From Octopus sinensis (taxonomy: Eukaryota), in assembly GCF_006345805.1 (NCBI RefSeq), contig NW_021835988.1, forward strand, positions 372,001 to 436,000: a stretch of DNA of 64,000 bases, read 5' to 3'. Each line of letters opens with the position of its first letter. The first letter of the stretch is position 1. The translations under genes were made by a program, and so were the position numbers. Under the pieces are notes generated by a model that worked only from the letters and a program-made list of their open reading frames with translations, did no database searches and was not told where the DNA came from. Of this stretch, positions 60,860-64,000 are shown piece by piece.

Positions 60860-62312
60860 TGAAGGTTTTAATGGACCTCATCATGAATGTCGAGGACATT
60901 CGCGTTGTTCATTTTAATCAAAATGCAGAAAATAATTTTTTGATTTTTTGGGGGAAGGTTTTAAGGACTTCATCATGTAAGTCGAGGACATTGTAGTTGT
61001 TCATTTTAACCAAAATGCAGAAAATTTTTTTTTAATTTTTTTTGGGAGGGAAGGTTTTAAGGACTTCATCATGTAAGTCGAGGACATTGTAGTTGTTCAT
61101 TTTAACCAAAATGCAGAAAATTTTTTTTTAATTTTTTTGGGGGGGAAGGTTTTAAGGACTTCATCATGTAAGTCGAGGACATTGTAGTTGTTCATTTTAA
61201 CCAAAATGCAGAAAATTTTTTTTTAATTTTTTGGGGGGGAAGGTTTTAAGGACTTCATCATGTAAGTCGAGGACATTGTAGTTGTTCATTTTAACCAAAA
61301 TGCAGAAAATTTTTTTTTAATTTTTTTGGGGGGGAAGGTTTTAAGGACTTCATCATGTAAGTCGAGGACATTGTAGTTGTTCATTTTAACCAAAATGCAG
61401 AAAATTTTTTTTAATTTTTTTTGGGGGGGAAGGTTTTAAGGACTTCATCATGTAAGTCGAGGACATTGTAGTTGTTCATTTTAACCAAAATGCAGAAAAT
61501 TTTTTTTTAATTTTTTTTGGGGGGAAGGTTTTAAGGACTTCATCATGTAAGTCGAGGACATTGTAGTTGTTCATTTTAACCAAAATGCAGAAAATTTTTT
61601 TTTAATTTTTTTTGGGGGGGAAGGTTTTAAGGACTTCATCATGTAAGTCGAGGACATTGTAGTTGTTCATTTTAACCAAAATGCAGAAAATTTTTTTTTA
61701 ATTTTTTTGGGGGGGAAGGTTTTAAGGACTTCATCATGTAAGTCGAGGACATTGTAGTTGTTCATTTTAACCAAAATGCAGAAATTTTTTTTAATTTTTT
61801 TGGGGGGGAAGGTTTTAAGGACTTCATCATGTAAGTCGAGGACATTGTAGTTGTTCATTTTAACCAAAATGCAGAAAATTTTTTTTAATTTTTTTGGGGG
61901 GGAAGGTTTTAAGGACTTCATCATGTAAGTCGAGGACATTGTAGTTGTTCATTTTAACCAAAATGCAGAAAATTTTTTTTTAATTTTTTTGGGGGGAAGG
62001 TTTTAAGGACTTCATCATGTAAGTCGAGGACATTGTAGTTGTTCATTTTAACCAAAATGCAGAAAATTTTTTTTTAATTTTTTGGGGGGGGAAGGTTTTA
62101 AGGACTTCATCATGTAAGTCGAGGACATTGTAGTTGTTCATTTTAACCAAAATGCAGAAAATTTTTTTTTAATTTTTTTGGGGGGGAAGGTTTTAAGGAC
62201 TTCATCATGTAAGTCGAGGACATTGTAGTTGTTCATTTTAACCAAAATGCAGAAAATTTTTTTTTTATTTTTTTGGGGGAAGGTTTTAAGGACCTCATCA
62301 TGTAAGTCGAGG
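60860..62312. repeat. Tandem satellite array, ~15 units of ~94 bp, inside the Helitron
   Basis: Core GGACTTCATCATGTAAGTCGAGGACATTGTAGTTGTTCATTTTAACCAAAATGCAG is almost invariant; variation is mainly in T- and G-run length. Confidence 0.95.
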
Positions 62313-62342
62313 ACATCGTATTGCCAATTTGAAGTTGGTGTG

Positions 62343-62411
62343 CACACACAGACAGACAGACAGACAGACACACAGACAGACACACAGACAGACAGACAGA
62401 CAGACACACAC
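62343..62411. repeat. (CAGA/CACA)n microsatellite near the Helitron 5' end
   Basis: Direct reading; GTCT-type microsatellites near the 5' end are typical of non-autonomous Helitron/DINE-like elements. Confidence 0.9.
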
Positions 62412-63249
62412 CATACCATTTTATTATTAAGATATTACACTTGTTTGGTTTGTTTGATTCAAACAATACAAATAGTATTATGAATAATACTTTGTGGTAA
62501 TTCTAAATCATTCTTATTTAAGTAATCGAATATTGTTAGAAAAAGAGTTAAATTATCTTCGAAATATGAACCATCTTATAAATGACAGTAATCAAAAATT
62601 TATTTTTTCAGCAACTTTATCACTTCTTTTGAAAAGTAGAATAACACCAACAGAAAAGCCAACAACAGTGTCCATGAAAAGTAGAATAACATCAACAGAA
62701 AAGCCATCAACAGTGTCCTTTAAAAGTCGAATAACACCAACAGAAAAGCCATTAGATAGCACACGTCCTACTTCAAAATGTATATATTTATTATTATTTT
62801 GCAAATCGTGTTATTCCTGTTAAAAATAATTTAAATTTGAAACCAATAAATGTGAAAAAATTTGAAATGCTGTATCTCATACCTATTTTCGTTGCACTTC
62901 TGATTATTTTGTTTATTGCCGTCATTATAGTAAGAAAAAAGAGAAAATCGGTTAAATGGAATAATTTAGAGGAGTAATTTTAAATTCAAATTTTATTAAT
63001 AGAAATCCATATCATCAGGAGCCCCAAATAAATTAAAAATATAATAATAAATTATTGATATTAACAAAGATTCTTTGGTTCTATGATTTTCATTTATTCT
63101 ATAATCTTAGAAACTTAGTTTATAATTGAAAATTACGATTAATTTCAAAATAAATTAGATTCTATTCACAATAAAAATTAAATTCAGAGGAAAACTATGG
63201 ATAAAACATGCTGCAATTGCAATAGTTTTGAGAAATTTTTAGATTAGAT

Positions 63250-64000
63250 CAGGGGTCGGCAAATACTTTTGGAGAAGAGCCAATTTTGAACATTTTTGGA
63301 AATTTCGAAAAATTGAAGAGCCACCTTTTACCACTTGTCAAAAATTTAAATTCATAAAATTAAATAGACATTAATTTAAAAAATAATTAAGAATTCATTT
63401 TAAAAAATTAAATTAATCAGACGCATTAATGAGAAATGTGATTCCTCATTTCTTTGATGAGTTGGTTAATGTCTGGGTCGTAAGTCGTTAATTTTAATCT
63501 GAGGTTAGATTCCAAATTCGAATCTGTAATTTTGTTCCTTAATTTAGATTTTATATAATTCATATAAGAAAAACTTTGTTCACACATATAAGTGGACCCG
63601 AATATTGTCAAAATTCCGTATGCAAATTTTTTTAATTCATAATAAGAATCTGGAAGAGAATTCAAGTTTCGAAAATCACATCTTCAAGTTTCTTTTGTAT
63701 AACATTAATATCATTTTTAATTTTACCAGACAATGTTTCTGTTTCAAGGTTTCAAGTAATTCTGAAAGGCGAATAAATTTTGATGCCCATAATTCCTTGC
63801 ATGTCAAGTCCAATAGCTGCATTTCGAACTCAGCTGCGTTGATTTCAAAGTTCTTCAGAGGTTTTAATGAAACATGCCTTTATAAATTCGCCATCGGTAA
63901 ATGGTTTTCCCCTTTTTGCGATCTCGTGGCTTGTCAAAAAACTGGCAATATTTGCAGTCCTGGCATTGTGATACCAATATTTAAAAGCGGAATTCTCAAT
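63250..64000 (-). mobile_element. hAT (GTF2IRD2/Buster-like) 3' portion; runs off the window
   Basis: TIR CAGGGGTCGGCAA at 63250; FGSTYMCEQSFSYMNYIKSKLRN. Confidence 0.85.

Larger units (their letters stand above)
59797..62432 (-). mobile_element. Complete non-autonomous Helitron, 2636 bp
   Basis: Minus-strand 5'-TC...CTAG-3' inserted between A and T with no TSD; empty site at 51649/51650; PIF1 C-terminal remnant FAMTINKAQGQSL...SHGQLYVGCSRV (59909-60090). Confidence 0.9.
59300..63036 (+). pseudogene. Paralogue of the 50974..52163 membrane protein gene, disrupted by a Helitron
   Basis: Collinear exons and introns at 59300-59796 and 62433-63036; three copies of a 45 nt stalk repeat (62632-62752); tail ENPYHQEPQIN*. 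Confidence 0.8.

Noticed and set aside
60860-62312. CRISPR array
   Set aside because: No unique spacers, no cas genes, eukaryotic context; whole units are repeated
61667-62483. ORFs across the satellite and microsatellite
   Set aside because: By-products of repeat periodicity; frames break with homopolymer length
1-64000. Microsporidian source genome
   Set aside because: The TE content is reminiscent, but nine introns in one housekeeping gene is incompatible with canonical microsporidia

Overview
AT-rich eukaryotic DNA in the standard genetic code, mostly made of nested, decayed transposons: Ginger/TDD-like integrase DNA transposons, Buster-type hATs, pogo/Tigger, Helitrons, and CRE-, RTE-, Jockey- and R2/R4-type non-LTR retrotransposons. 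Host content is sparse. It comprises a Vps45 gene split by nine 23-33 nt introns, a convergent orphan gene, a tRNA-Gly(GCC), and two paralogues of a micro-intron-rich single-pass membrane protein gene. A metazoan-like Vps45 with dense ~23-33 nt introns fits a dicyemid mesozoan best; this is inference, and other tiny-intron parasites are not excluded. Main highlights: (1) a ~390 bp endogenised nodavirus-like RNA virus fragment (protein A capping domain) between a hAT end and a Helitron 3' end; (2) an intact 978 aa CRE-clade retrotransposon with an N-terminal PHD finger; (3) transposases carrying host-sized micro-introns at lineage-specific positions; (4) a complete non-autonomous Helitron carrying a ~94 bp satellite, whose empty site is visible in the paralogous gene; (5) a >=5.8 kb segmental duplication. 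Everything was read by eye. No searches or alignments were run, and boundaries of decayed fragments are approximate.
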